DNA from: Ignavibacteriota bacterium
GTDB lineage: Bacteria > Bacteroidota > Ignavibacteria > Palsa-1295
Assembly (NCBI GenBank): GCA_963787835.1
Contig: CAWBEI010000004.1
Coordinates: forward strand, 128,001 to 192,000
Direction of reading: 5' to 3'
Length of the DNA stretch: 64,000 nucleotides
Under the pieces are notes generated by a model. The model saw nothing but the letters and a program-made list of their open reading frames with translations. It was not told where the DNA came from and ran no database searches. Below are positions 41,356 to 50,441 of the stretch, piece after piece (within the stretch, counting starts at the first letter, position 1; every line of letters begins with the position of its first letter). Position numbers and translations under genes: made by a program.

Positions 41356-41820
41356 ATGAAACCTGTTATTTTCACTCTCGCCTCCTTTATGATGTTGCTT
41401 TTGCTTGCTTCATGCGGAGGCGGCTCCAACCAAAAACTCAACGAAGACAAACCTGCCGCCGATAGCTCTACTGCAACTGCGGCGCCTGCGGCTCCAACCA
41501 TAGCTGACTTCAAAGTCGACATGAGCGCCGATCATATCGCCTTAGGCCATGCTACCTATCACATGACCTGCGCACCTTGCCACGGAGAGGGCGGTAAAGG
41601 CGATGGGCCGGCAGCCGTTGCACTCAATCCGAAACCTCGCGACCATACGAACGGAGCCTATATGGATAAGCTTACGAATGCTCACCTTTATGAGGTAATC
41701 ACCAAAGGCGGAGCTGCGTTTGGGTATCCAACGATGCCTGCACAGCCACAGCTTGTGGATGATTCCGTAAAAAATGTCATTGCATTCGTTCGCTCGTTGA
41801 GCAAGACTTACAAGCCGTAA
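41356..41820 (+). CDS. Lipoprotein monoheme cytochrome c
   Basis: Lipobox LASC, CAPCH and MPA. Confidence 0.9.
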   Translation: MKPVIFTLASFMMLLLLASCGGGSNQKLNEDKPAADSSTATAAPAAPTIADFKVDMSADHIALGHATYHMTCAPCHGEGGKGDGPAAVALNPKPRDHTNGAYMDKLTNAHLYEVITKGGAAFGYPTMPAQPQLVDDSVKNVIAFVRSLSKTYKP

Positions 41821-41843
41821 TTGAGTCAATTTATCGTAAGATG

Positions 41844-41872
41844 GGGCGTAAGATATTCTTACGTCCCTTTTT
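41844..41872 (+). terminator. Intrinsic terminator whose stem-loop contains the GTAAG-N5-CTTAC motif
   Basis: GGGCGTAAGA-TAT-TCTTACGTCCC-TTTTT. Confidence 0.65.
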
Positions 41873-41993
41873 CATTTTAAAGGACAGATTCATCGATTCT
41901 GATTCAAAATCGTCAATTATGTCTTTGGCATAATGATGGAGAATATTTATGGATGAAGTATAAATTAAATATCCGTCCGATGAACGGAGAGGA

Positions 41994-44480
41994 ATGCTTT
42001 ATTCTAAATTGCAAGAAAATCAAGTTAATATTGCAAACGATGGCACCGTAGTTCATTCGAGCTCCGCATGTATCCACTGTGGCGAAAAAATCGGTTTTGG
42101 TGGAGTTATTGCCAGCGGTCAAGCTTTCTGCTGCTCAGGATGTAAGACCGTTTACGAAATTCTTGCCGAACATGATCTCTGCGATTATTACGCGCGCGAC
42201 GAAAATGCCGGCATCAGCATGAAACGCCGATCGGTTAGGGAGGATGAATTTGCTGTCCTGGATGACGGTGCAATTGCGAGAAAACTGCTCACCTTCTCCA
42301 GCCCGAGTCTGAATAGAGTCGTCTGGACGGTTCCCACGATCCATTGTGCATCGTGCGTGTGGCTCATCGAACGATTCGATCGTCTGGAACATGGCGTACT
42401 TTCATCCACGGTCGATCTGATGCGCAAGACCGTTACAGTAGATTTCGATCCACGAATAACTTCGCTACGCAAGATCGCGGAACGAATGGCATCGATCGGC
42501 TACACGCCACTTCTTCGTTTGGAGGGTGAAACGCAGACGGAACACGGGCCAACACGAGCGCTGTATGCTCGTCTCGGTATCGCAGGATTTGCGGCCGGCA
42601 ACACAATGATGATGTACATCGCCGGTTACTTTGCTGGTACTGCTGGTGTTGAACGGTCACTGATGGGTGTATTTCGTTTGCTTTCTATTGTGCTTTCCGT
42701 TCCCGTGGTTCTTTATTGCGCTTATCCGTGGTTTGCAGGTGCTCGTGCGGCGCTGCGTGGCCGCAAAATCAATTTGGACGTTCCCGTTGCACTGGGTATT
42801 GCTGTGTTATTTGCAAGGAGTGTATTCGACATTGCAAGTGGTCATGGCGAAGGGTATCTCGATTCCTTCAACGGACTCGTTTTCTTTTTGCTCATTGGCC
42901 GTTTGTTTCAACAAAAAGCTTTCGATGCACTTTCGTTTGATCGAACCTACCGTTCGTTCTTTCCTTTATCGGTTCGGGTCGAGAAAGGTAATAGCTATCA
43001 GGTAATACCTATCGAAGCTGTAAAGATCGGCGATATTCTTTCCGTTCGTAATGGGGAAGTTATTCCATGCGATAGTATTCTGGAAAGTGAAGCAGGATAT
43101 GTCGATTATAGCTTTGTGACCGGTGAGTCGGTGCCAGTCGAGTGTACGAAGTCGGAAATGGTGTATGCAGGTGGGAAGGTCATGGGGCCAGCTATTAGGC
43201 TGCTTGCAGCAAAGAACGTCTCTCACAGTGAACTTGCTGCTATGTGGGATAGAAGTAGCAGCGAGGATGCAACAACGAAAAGTAAACGTGCAACACAATT
43301 TCTAAAACTGAGCGATAATCTCGGAAAATGGTTCACCCCGATTGCGATCCTGATCAGTGTTGCAGGAGCTTTATTATGGCTTCCGGATTGGGCAAAGGCA
43401 TTTAACACCTTCACGGCTGTACTCATTATTGCTTGCCCATGTGCGCTCACGCTGGCAGCACCGATCACGCTTGGCAGCGCGATGGGCAGGCTTGGAAGGC
43501 TTGGGATCTATCTCAAGAACATGGGCGTCCTGCTCGATCTCGATAAAGTGGATCGAGTGATCTTTGATAAGACTGGAACCCTTACCACCTCTCATCACGA
43601 ACTTACTTTTCATGGCCGGACGCTCACGAATGAGGAATGGACCGCGGTTCAAACCATCGCTGCGCAAAGTACGCATCCGGTGAGCCGGGCAATCGCACGC
43701 GAACACCAATCGGATTTAGCACAAGTGAATGCGGTGCGAGAGGCAGTGGGTCATGGAATAATTGGCACGGCAATGGGCCACACGATCGCATTAGGATCAC
43801 CGGAATTTGTGATCTTACATTCCAACTTTTCGCCTCAAGAGGTAAGCTGGGATGGAAATGAACATCGTGCTGCCTCAGTAGCGATCGATGGTGAATATGC
43901 AGGTGCCTTTACATTACAAGCCACAGTCCGTCCTGGTATTCCGGTAATGATCGCACAGGTGAAGGAACGAATGCCAATCGCCTTGATCTCCGGCGATTCG
44001 GAACGTGACCGCGCTCTACTGGAACCGATATTTGGCGAGAACGCAATGGCGTTCGGTTGCAGGCCGGAGAAAAAAATCGAAATGGTCGAATCGCAGCGTG
44101 CATCGGGGTATTCCGTACTTATGGTTGGTGACGGCCTCAATGATGCCGGGGCAATGGGCGAAGCTGATGTAGCAATTGCGGTTACCGATGATACCGCAAC
44201 GCTGGTTCCAGCGTGTGACATTATCATGCGAGCTGAGTCACTTCCCATGCTTCCCGGACTTTTGCGCTATGCACGTTCGATGAAAATTGTGATCGTTGGA
44301 AGCCTTACATTCTCGATCTTATATAACCTGATTGGTCTCACGCTTGCAATCATGGGAAAGCTGTCGCCGATGGTGGCAGCGATCCTCATGCCGATCAGTT
44401 CCCTCACCGTAATTGCGATGAGTGCTGGCGGAGCACGCAAATTAATAGGGATGACCGATCATCCAGGGAGGGTGAAGTGA
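41994..44480 (+). CDS. ccoI: Copper P1B-type ATPase for cbb3 assembly
   Basis: CIHC/FCCSGC, CASC, TGES, CPC, DKTGT, SxHP and GDGLND motifs. Confidence 0.93.
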   Translation: MLYSKLQENQVNIANDGTVVHSSSACIHCGEKIGFGGVIASGQAFCCSGCKTVYEILAEHDLCDYYARDENAGISMKRRSVREDEFAVLDDGAIARKLLTFSSPSLNRVVWTVPTIHCASCVWLIERFDRLEHGVLSSTVDLMRKTVTVDFDPRITSLRKIAERMASIGYTPLLRLEGETQTEHGPTRALYARLGIAGFAAGNTMMMYIAGYFAGTAGVERSLMGVFRLLSIVLSVPVVLYCAYPWFAGARAALRGRKINLDVPVALGIAVLFARSVFDIASGHGEGYLDSFNGLVFFLLIGRLFQQKAFDALSFDRTYRSFFPLSVRVEKGNSYQVIPIEAVKIGDILSVRNGEVIPCDSILESEAGYVDYSFVTGESVPVECTKSEMVYAGGKVMGPAIRLLAAKNVSHSELAAMWDRSSSEDATTKSKRATQFLKLSDNLGKWFTPIAILISVAGALLWLPDWAKAFNTFTAVLIIACPCALTLAAPITLGSAMGRLGRLGIYLKNMGVLLDLDKVDRVIFDKTGTLTTSHHELTFHGRTLTNEEWTAVQTIAAQSTHPVSRAIAREHQSDLAQVNAVREAVGHGIIGTAMGHTIALGSPEFVILHSNFSPQEVSWDGNEHRAASVAIDGEYAGAFTLQATVRPGIPVMIAQVKERMPIALISGDSERDRALLEPIFGENAMAFGCRPEKKIEMVESQRASGYSVLMVGDGLNDAGAMGEADVAIAVTDDTATLVPACDIIMRAESLPMLPGLLRYARSMKIVIVGSLTFSILYNLIGLTLAIMGKLSPMVAAILMPISSLTVIAMSAGGARKLIGMTDHPGRVK

Positions 44481-44722
44481 ACATCGTAATCCTACTCATC
44501 TTTTCAAGCGTGATTGCCGCATCCGTATTCCTTATTGCTTTTTTATGGGCTGCAAGAAGCGGTCAGTATGACGATGTGCATACTCCCGCTGTCCGAATGC
44601 TTTTTGATGATCAACCGAGTGACAAACGCATCCGCATCACCGATGGTGTTCGCATCGCCGATGATGCGCCCAACGATGCTTCAATAACCGAAATCCATTC
44701 TAACACCGAACATGGCACTTGA
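44477..44722 (+). CDS. ccoS: cbb3 oxidase assembly protein
   Basis: TM segment plus FLWAARSGQYDD..TPAVRML. Confidence 0.9.
   Translation: MNIVILLIFSSVIAASVFLIAFLWAARSGQYDDVHTPAVRMLFDDQPSDKRIRITDGVRIADDAPNDASITEIHSNTEHGT
44627..44681 (+). repeat. Nested/tandem copies of the palindromic element in the ccoS tail
   Basis: CGCATC [CGCATCACCGATGGTGTT] [CGCATCGCCGATGATGC] GCCCAACGATGCTT. Confidence 0.7.
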
Positions 44723-46922
44723 ACAAAATGAACGACTGATCCAACAATCGCAGGCACCTCCTATCTATGCGGATACTGGTGCAACCGAGACCGTAGCATA
44801 CGATAACAATATTGTCCGCATGTTCGCCATGGCGACCGTCGGATGGGGAGTAATCGGGATGCTTGTAGGTCTTATCATAGCGATGAAATTATACTTACCG
44901 AACTTCCTCGGCGGAATTAATTTCCTTTCGTATGGCAGGCTTCGTCCGCTGCACACAAATGCGGTGGTCTTTGCCTTTGCAGGAAATGCGCTCTTTCTCG
45001 GGGTATATTATTCACTGCAACGCTTGTGCAAAGCGCGGATGGCGAGTGATCTTCTCAGTAAGTTACATTTCTGGGGATGGCAGCTCATCATCGTGAGCGC
45101 CGCGATTACGCTCCCACTTGGTTTCACATCGAGCAAGGAATATGCGGAACTGGAATGGCCGATCGATATTGCCATCGCAGTAGTATGGGTCGTCTTCGGA
45201 TGGAACATGATATGGACTATCCTTCGAAGAAAAGACAAGCACATGTACGTTGCGGTGTGGTTCTATATCGCAACGTTCATCACAGTTGCGATATTGCATA
45301 TCGTGAACTCGATGGAAATTCCAGTATCATTCTGGAAAAGCTATTCGATGTACGCAGGTGTGCAGGATGCGCTTGTGGAATGGTGGTACGGCCATAACGC
45401 TGTGGCGTTCTTCCTAACCACTCCATTCCTTGGGATCATGTATTATTTCGTTCCAAAAGCTGCCGACAGACCGATCTTCTCTTATCGGCTTTCGATCGTT
45501 CACTTTTGGGCGCTCATCTTTATTTACATTTGGGCTGGCCCTCATCACTTACTTTATACGGCGCTACCGGACTGGGCGCAATCGCTCGGCTCTGTTTTCA
45601 GTATCATGCTTATTGCTCCATCGTGGGGCGGTATGATCAATGGACTAATGACGCTTCGTGGTGCATGGGATAAGGTTCGCACCGATCCTGTACTGAAGTT
45701 CCTGGTGGTAGGTATTACCGCGTATGGTATGGCGACCTTCGAAGGTCCGATGATGTCGTTCAAGAATGTCAATGCACTGACGCATTACACGAACTATGTG
45801 ATCGGCCACGTGCATCTCGCAGCTTTGCTATGGAACGGCGGATTAACATTCGCAATGCTCTATTACATAATTCCTCGCATCTATCGAACAAAGCTCTATT
45901 CCATAAAGATGGCGAACTGGCATTTCTGGGTGATGACGCTTGGAGTGATCTTCTATGTCATCCCGATGTACTGGTCGGGCATCACGGAAGCACTCATGTT
46001 CAAGCAATTCCGACCGGATGGCTCTCTTATGTATCCAAACTTCCTCGAAGTGGTGATGCAGATACAACCGATGTACATCATTCGCTCGATCGGAGGGACG
46101 CTGTACATTGTGGGTGCGCTTATGGCGACCTGGAACCTATATAAAACAGCCAAATCTGGATCGCTTCTCCGTAATGAAGAAGTGCAAGTAGTGAACCACA
46201 GGCTCAAACTCGATCTCACAAAGAAAGAAGGCTGGCATCGTGCGCTTGAAGCTGCGCCGGTTCGCTTTAGTCTTTATGCTCTCGTAGCCGTTGCTATTGG
46301 AGGTTTGATCGAGTTCCTTCCAACGGCACTTGTACAATCCAATATACCGACGATCGCGAGCGTGAAGCCATACACACCACTCGAACTGGAGGGACGCGAC
46401 ATTTACATTCGGGAAGGCTGCAACAATTGCCACTCGCAAATGATACGTCCGTTCCGAAGCGAAGTGGAACGATATGGCGATTATTCTAAGCCTGGCGAAT
46501 TTGTTTACGATCACCCATTCCTTTGGGGTTCGAAGCGAACTGGGCCTGATCTTGCGCGCATCGGCGGAAAATATCCGAGCGCATGGCACTATCGGCACAT
46601 GATGGACCCACGATCAACCTCGCCGAACTCCATCATGCCTGCTTACACTTGGCTGTATGATGACGATCTCGATCTTTCCCATACTGAGGGCAAGATCATC
46701 ACACTGCGTAAGATCGGAGTTCCATATCCATACGATTTCGAGTTCGATGCCGTCGATAGCGCAAAAGCGCAGGCCAAAACGGTTGCTGCCGATCTTGCAT
46801 CGACAGGTATGAAAGATATCGATGCGAAGAAAGAGATCATCGCTCTTATTGCATATCTCCAACGACTCGGAACCGATATCAAGAAAATGCCGGGCGCTGA
46901 CGCACAAACAAATGCCAAATAA
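44712..46922 (+). CDS. ccoNO: cbb3-type cytochrome c oxidase fused subunits I/II
   Basis: RLRPLHTN, WWYGHNAV, WAGPHH and GHVH motifs. CcoO part has CNNCH and WGSKRTGPDL. Confidence 0.97.
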   Translation: MALEQNERLIQQSQAPPIYADTGATETVAYDNNIVRMFAMATVGWGVIGMLVGLIIAMKLYLPNFLGGINFLSYGRLRPLHTNAVVFAFAGNALFLGVYYSLQRLCKARMASDLLSKLHFWGWQLIIVSAAITLPLGFTSSKEYAELEWPIDIAIAVVWVVFGWNMIWTILRRKDKHMYVAVWFYIATFITVAILHIVNSMEIPVSFWKSYSMYAGVQDALVEWWYGHNAVAFFLTTPFLGIMYYFVPKAADRPIFSYRLSIVHFWALIFIYIWAGPHHLLYTALPDWAQSLGSVFSIMLIAPSWGGMINGLMTLRGAWDKVRTDPVLKFLVVGITAYGMATFEGPMMSFKNVNALTHYTNYVIGHVHLAALLWNGGLTFAMLYYIIPRIYRTKLYSIKMANWHFWVMTLGVIFYVIPMYWSGITEALMFKQFRPDGSLMYPNFLEVVMQIQPMYIIRSIGGTLYIVGALMATWNLYKTAKSGSLLRNEEVQVVNHRLKLDLTKKEGWHRALEAAPVRFSLYALVAVAIGGLIEFLPTALVQSNIPTIASVKPYTPLELEGRDIYIREGCNNCHSQMIRPFRSEVERYGDYSKPGEFVYDHPFLWGSKRTGPDLARIGGKYPSAWHYRHMMDPRSTSPNSIMPAYTWLYDDDLDLSHTEGKIITLRKIGVPYPYDFEFDAVDSAKAQAKTVAADLASTGMKDIDAKKEIIALIAYLQRLGTDIKKMPGADAQTNAK

Positions 46923-46934
46923 GGAGAATACACT

Positions 46935-47180
46935 ATGGAATCGAATGTATTAACATCAATACCTGGGATCGAATATTATCCCATCATCTCGCTCATCATG
47001 TTCTTCGCACTGTTTGCTGGACTCCTGCTATGGTTCTTTCTGGCAGACCGTAAGCGGCTCGAAGATTATGCGAGAGCTCCTTTTGACTTTGAAGATCATA
47101 GCATCCACCATGATGCGCTATCTTCTACTGAAATTCCAAACTCCACTCACGCATCGTCGACGATGCAAACCTACGCTTGA
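46935..47180 (+). CDS. ccoQ: cbb3 oxidase subunit CcoQ-like
   Basis: Single TM small protein between ccoNO and ccoP, with an AAGGAG SD. Confidence 0.8.
   Translation: MESNVLTSIPGIEYYPIISLIMFFALFAGLLLWFFLADRKRLEDYARAPFDFEDHSIHHDALSSTEIPNSTHASSTMQTYA
47101..47166. repeat. Two copies of the palindromic element in the ccoQ tail
   Basis: GCATCCACCATGATGC (47101-47116) and the perfect GCATCGTCGACGATGC (47151-47166). Confidence 0.75.
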
Positions 47181-47183
47181 CAC

Positions 47184-47786
47184 ATGGCACAAGAACAAAA
47201 AGACATTCTGCTCGAAGATCACGATGCCGATGGCATTCGTGAATACGATAATGCTCTGCCTAAATGGTGGCTTTATGGATTCTACGTTACCATTATACTT
47301 GGGCTCGTTTACCTCTTCTACTATCATGTGTGGGATGGAAAAGATTGGAATTTTCTGTGGTACGGTCCGCGCGGATCGGCCGCGGAATATGCCGATGAAA
47401 TGTCCCATGTGAAAACTCCGCTGAATCCTGGCGCGAAAGACTTCTCTACATGGCAGGTAAAGACGGATGCCGCATCCCTGAAGGTCGGCGAGACGATCTT
47501 TCAGCAAAAGAATCTCTGCTTCACCTGTCACCGTGCTGATCTCGGTGGATTAGTTGGACCAAACCTGACGGATCAATATTGGCTGCATGGAGGAAAACTT
47601 CAGGACATTCTTAAGAGCATCACCACCGGCTATCCCGATAAAGGAATGCTTAAGTATGGCAATGGGAATGTTCTGACCGACGAAGAACTGCTCGATGTGG
47701 CATCGTATGTCCTATCGAAGCGGGGATCGAATCCGCCGAATCCGAAGCCGATCGATCCGGCTCGTGACGTGCTCTACACACCATAA
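47184..47786 (+). CDS. ccoP: cbb3 oxidase subunit III (short monoheme form)
   Basis: HDADGIREYDNALPKWW, CFTCH and GPNLTD motifs. Confidence 0.93.
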   Translation: MAQEQKDILLEDHDADGIREYDNALPKWWLYGFYVTIILGLVYLFYYHVWDGKDWNFLWYGPRGSAAEYADEMSHVKTPLNPGAKDFSTWQVKTDAASLKVGETIFQQKNLCFTCHRADLGGLVGPNLTDQYWLHGGKLQDILKSITTGYPDKGMLKYGNGNVLTDEELLDVASYVLSKRGSNPPNPKPIDPARDVLYTP

Positions 47787-47799
47787 CAGCAATAGCAAC

Positions 47800-49221
47800 A
47801 TGTCGGTGCTCGATCTTAACGTCATTGATGAACACGAGCGGTTTCGTGCACAGCTCGCGAGCGTCGCCCCGGATGGGCGGCGCAAGTGGGTCTATGCCAA
47901 AAAGCCGCATGGAACGTTCTATCGTTGGCGAACGGCGCTTTCGATCCTGTTGCTCGTGTTTTTGGCCGCCGTGCCGTTCGTAAAGATCGGTGGCCAGCAA
48001 TTTTTACTGTTCGGTTTACTCGATCGCAAATTCGTTCTATTTGGGTATCCATTATGGCCGGAAGATTTTTATCTTGTCGTGGTGCTATTCCTTACAGGAC
48101 TTGTTTCGATCGTGCTGTTCACTTCTGTGCTTGGGAGGATCTGGTGTGGATGGCTTTGTCCGCAAACCGTCTTTTTGGAAATGGTCTTTCGCAAGATCGA
48201 ATGGTGGATCGATGGTTCTGCTGGCGAGCAACTAACTCGCCATCGCGGACCATGGAACTTTGATAGAATATGGAGATTGGTGTCAAAACAATCCATCTTC
48301 TTTGTGATCTCATTTGCAATTGCGAATATCTTTCTTGCATATGTCATATCAGGAGATACATTGAAAGGCTACATCAAGGATGGCCCAACGGCTCATCTCT
48401 CGTTGCTGCTTGCGCTGACAGCATTTACCTTCGTGTTTTACGCTGTCTTTGCAAGGTTTCGCGAACAGGCGTGCCTGGTGGTCTGCCCGTATGGCCGGTT
48501 CATGTCAGCATTGGTTGATGATAATACCGTAACTATTACCTATGACCATAAACGTGGCGAACCTCGTGAAAAGTGGAAAAAGAACGATACCCGAAATGAA
48601 GGAGATACCGGCCATTGTATCGATTGCCATCAATGCGTTGCCGTTTGCCCGACCGGCATCGACATTCGTAATGGCATCCAGCTTGAATGCGTCGCGTGTA
48701 CTGCTTGCATCGATGCCTGTGACGAGATCATGGAGAAGGTTAAACTTCCCAAAGGACTCATCCGATATACCAGTGCTAATGCATTGCAATCTGGAATCAC
48801 TAAATGGTTAACTCCTCGGGTCAAAGCGTATGGATCGCTATGGTGTGCGCTGGTCTTGGTGACGGTAGGTCTGTTCTCCTTTAGATCGACGTTGGATATC
48901 AATGTACTCCGATCGCCCGGAACGACCTGGACGATCACAGCCGACGGTATCGCGAATTTTTACGAATTACAGATCATCAACAAGGGCGCTCGCGATCTGC
49001 CTTATACACTAAAGATCGTGCAGCCCGCCGGTGCAACGATCACCTCGCTTGGTTTGGTACCAGATGTACCTGCGGGTCAGATGATAAAGGGCCGCTTCCT
49101 CATCACGATGTCTCAATCGCTTATCACTTCGACCTCTAATCGTAAAGTTGATATTTTTGTAGATGTTGCATCGGATGATAAGATCGTTAAGCAAGTTAAA
49201 ACTGAATTACTAATACCATAA
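47800..49221 (+). CDS. ccoG: cbb3 accessory ferredoxin-like protein
   Basis: CGWLCPQT, CLVVCPYG and two CxxCxxCxxxC clusters. Confidence 0.95.
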   Translation: MSVLDLNVIDEHERFRAQLASVAPDGRRKWVYAKKPHGTFYRWRTALSILLLVFLAAVPFVKIGGQQFLLFGLLDRKFVLFGYPLWPEDFYLVVVLFLTGLVSIVLFTSVLGRIWCGWLCPQTVFLEMVFRKIEWWIDGSAGEQLTRHRGPWNFDRIWRLVSKQSIFFVISFAIANIFLAYVISGDTLKGYIKDGPTAHLSLLLALTAFTFVFYAVFARFREQACLVVCPYGRFMSALVDDNTVTITYDHKRGEPREKWKKNDTRNEGDTGHCIDCHQCVAVCPTGIDIRNGIQLECVACTACIDACDEIMEKVKLPKGLIRYTSANALQSGITKWLTPRVKAYGSLWCALVLVTVGLFSFRSTLDINVLRSPGTTWTITADGIANFYELQIINKGARDLPYTLKIVQPAGATITSLGLVPDVPAGQMIKGRFLITMSQSLITSTSNRKVDIFVDVASDDKIVKQVKTELLIP

Positions 49222-49232
49222 GAAAGGAAATT

Positions 49233-49676
49233 ATGAAAATCAATTGGGGATGGAAAATTATCATTGCATACACTATTTTTATTGGTGGAACCTCCGCCTG
49301 GGTTGTTTATGCAATGATGCATGATGTTGATCTAGTCCGAAGCGATTACTATGAGCATAGTTTATTGCAAGATCAGACGATGGCGGCGCAAAACCGCGCT
49401 GATCAGCTAAAATCTTCCGCATCTATTTCATTTGATGAGAAGCAAAATGCCTTCATCGTTCGAATCCCACCAGAGCAGGCATCTGCAGCAATGGGAACCA
49501 TCACACTCTATCGCCCGAATGCGTCGAACGAAGATAGGTTGATACCGCTAAAAGTTGAAAGCAATGGAACCATGCTGATCCCATCCTCTCAGCTCAGCAA
49601 AGGCATTTGGGAGATCACTGCGGATTGGTCGTTTGCAGGAAAAACATATCAATTGCTCGCAACGGAAACGATCTGA
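49233..49676 (+). CDS. ccoH: FixH/CcoH family protein
   Basis: NWG..I, DLV..DYY and LYRP motifs, plus operon position. Confidence 0.85.
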   Translation: MKINWGWKIIIAYTIFIGGTSAWVVYAMMHDVDLVRSDYYEHSLLQDQTMAAQNRADQLKSSASISFDEKQNAFIVRIPPEQASAAMGTITLYRPNASNEDRLIPLKVESNGTMLIPSSQLSKGIWEITADWSFAGKTYQLLATETI

Positions 49677-49694
49677 TTCTGGGGTATCCTTTCT

Positions 49695-50441
49695 ATGATA
49701 GAACTACTCGCCGGATTAGTGCTTGGCCTGGGCGGCAGCCTGCATTGCGTTGGCATGTGCGGGCCGATCGCTATTGCGTTGCCAAGTTCTCGGCAATCCA
49801 AGAGTAGCTGGACAGGATGGAGGCAGATAGGACAGAAGATGGCTTACCAGTTTGGCCGTGTCGTAACCTATACTTCACTTGGCGCCATCGTTGGATTGGG
49901 CGGGAGCTGGATCGCGCTGACAGGTTATAGCAGAACGCTCTCCATTGTTTCCGGCATTGCCATGATAGCGGCGCTTGCCGTCCAATTGCTCTGGAAGCGA
50001 GAACTAATTACTGGTCGCCATATCCGCCGAATCATCGAGCCTGTCAAACGTGGGCTTTCTATTCTGCTTTCAAGCCATGGTACGCTGACCCACTTTGGTA
50101 TTGGCCTGTTGAATGGCCTGTTGCCTTGTGGATTAGTTGCCGCAGCGTTGCTTGGCTCGCTTGGCACCGGTTCAGCAGCCATCGGTTCATTATTTATGCT
50201 TGGCTTTGGACTCGGAACCGTTCCGCTTATGAGCATCGTCGCGATCGGTAGTTCGCACCTTTCCTGCAAGGTGCGCCAGCGTTTGCGTTTTGCTGCTCCA
50301 ACCATTAGTATCGTGATTGCTACGCTATTTATTCTTCGCGGTTTGGCGCTGGGAATTCCGCATATCAGTCCCGCAGGAATAGCGGAGGGAGCAACAATGA
50401 ATGCGACAATCACCTCGCCAACGATCAATTGCTGTAAATAG
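49695..50441 (+). CDS. DsbD_2 / TauE-SafE family membrane protein (cbb3 biogenesis)
   Basis: SLHCVGMCGP, GLLPCGLV and FGLGT.P motifs. Confidence 0.9.
   Translation: MIELLAGLVLGLGGSLHCVGMCGPIAIALPSSRQSKSSWTGWRQIGQKMAYQFGRVVTYTSLGAIVGLGGSWIALTGYSRTLSIVSGIAMIAALAVQLLWKRELITGRHIRRIIEPVKRGLSILLSSHGTLTHFGIGLLNGLLPCGLVAAALLGSLGTGSAAIGSLFMLGFGLGTVPLMSIVAIGSSHLSCKVRQRLRFAAPTISIVIATLFILRGLALGIPHISPAGIAEGATMNATITSPTINCCK

Noticed and set aside
18281-47166. Palindromic copies as a CRISPR array or integron attC sites
   Set aside because: They are dispersed and only 16-18 bp, with no regular spacers, no cas or integrase gene and no GTTRRRY cores.
44712-47786. ccoN-ccoO fusion and short monoheme CcoP as novelties
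   Set aside because: Both are already known in Bacteroidota-type cbb3 operons.
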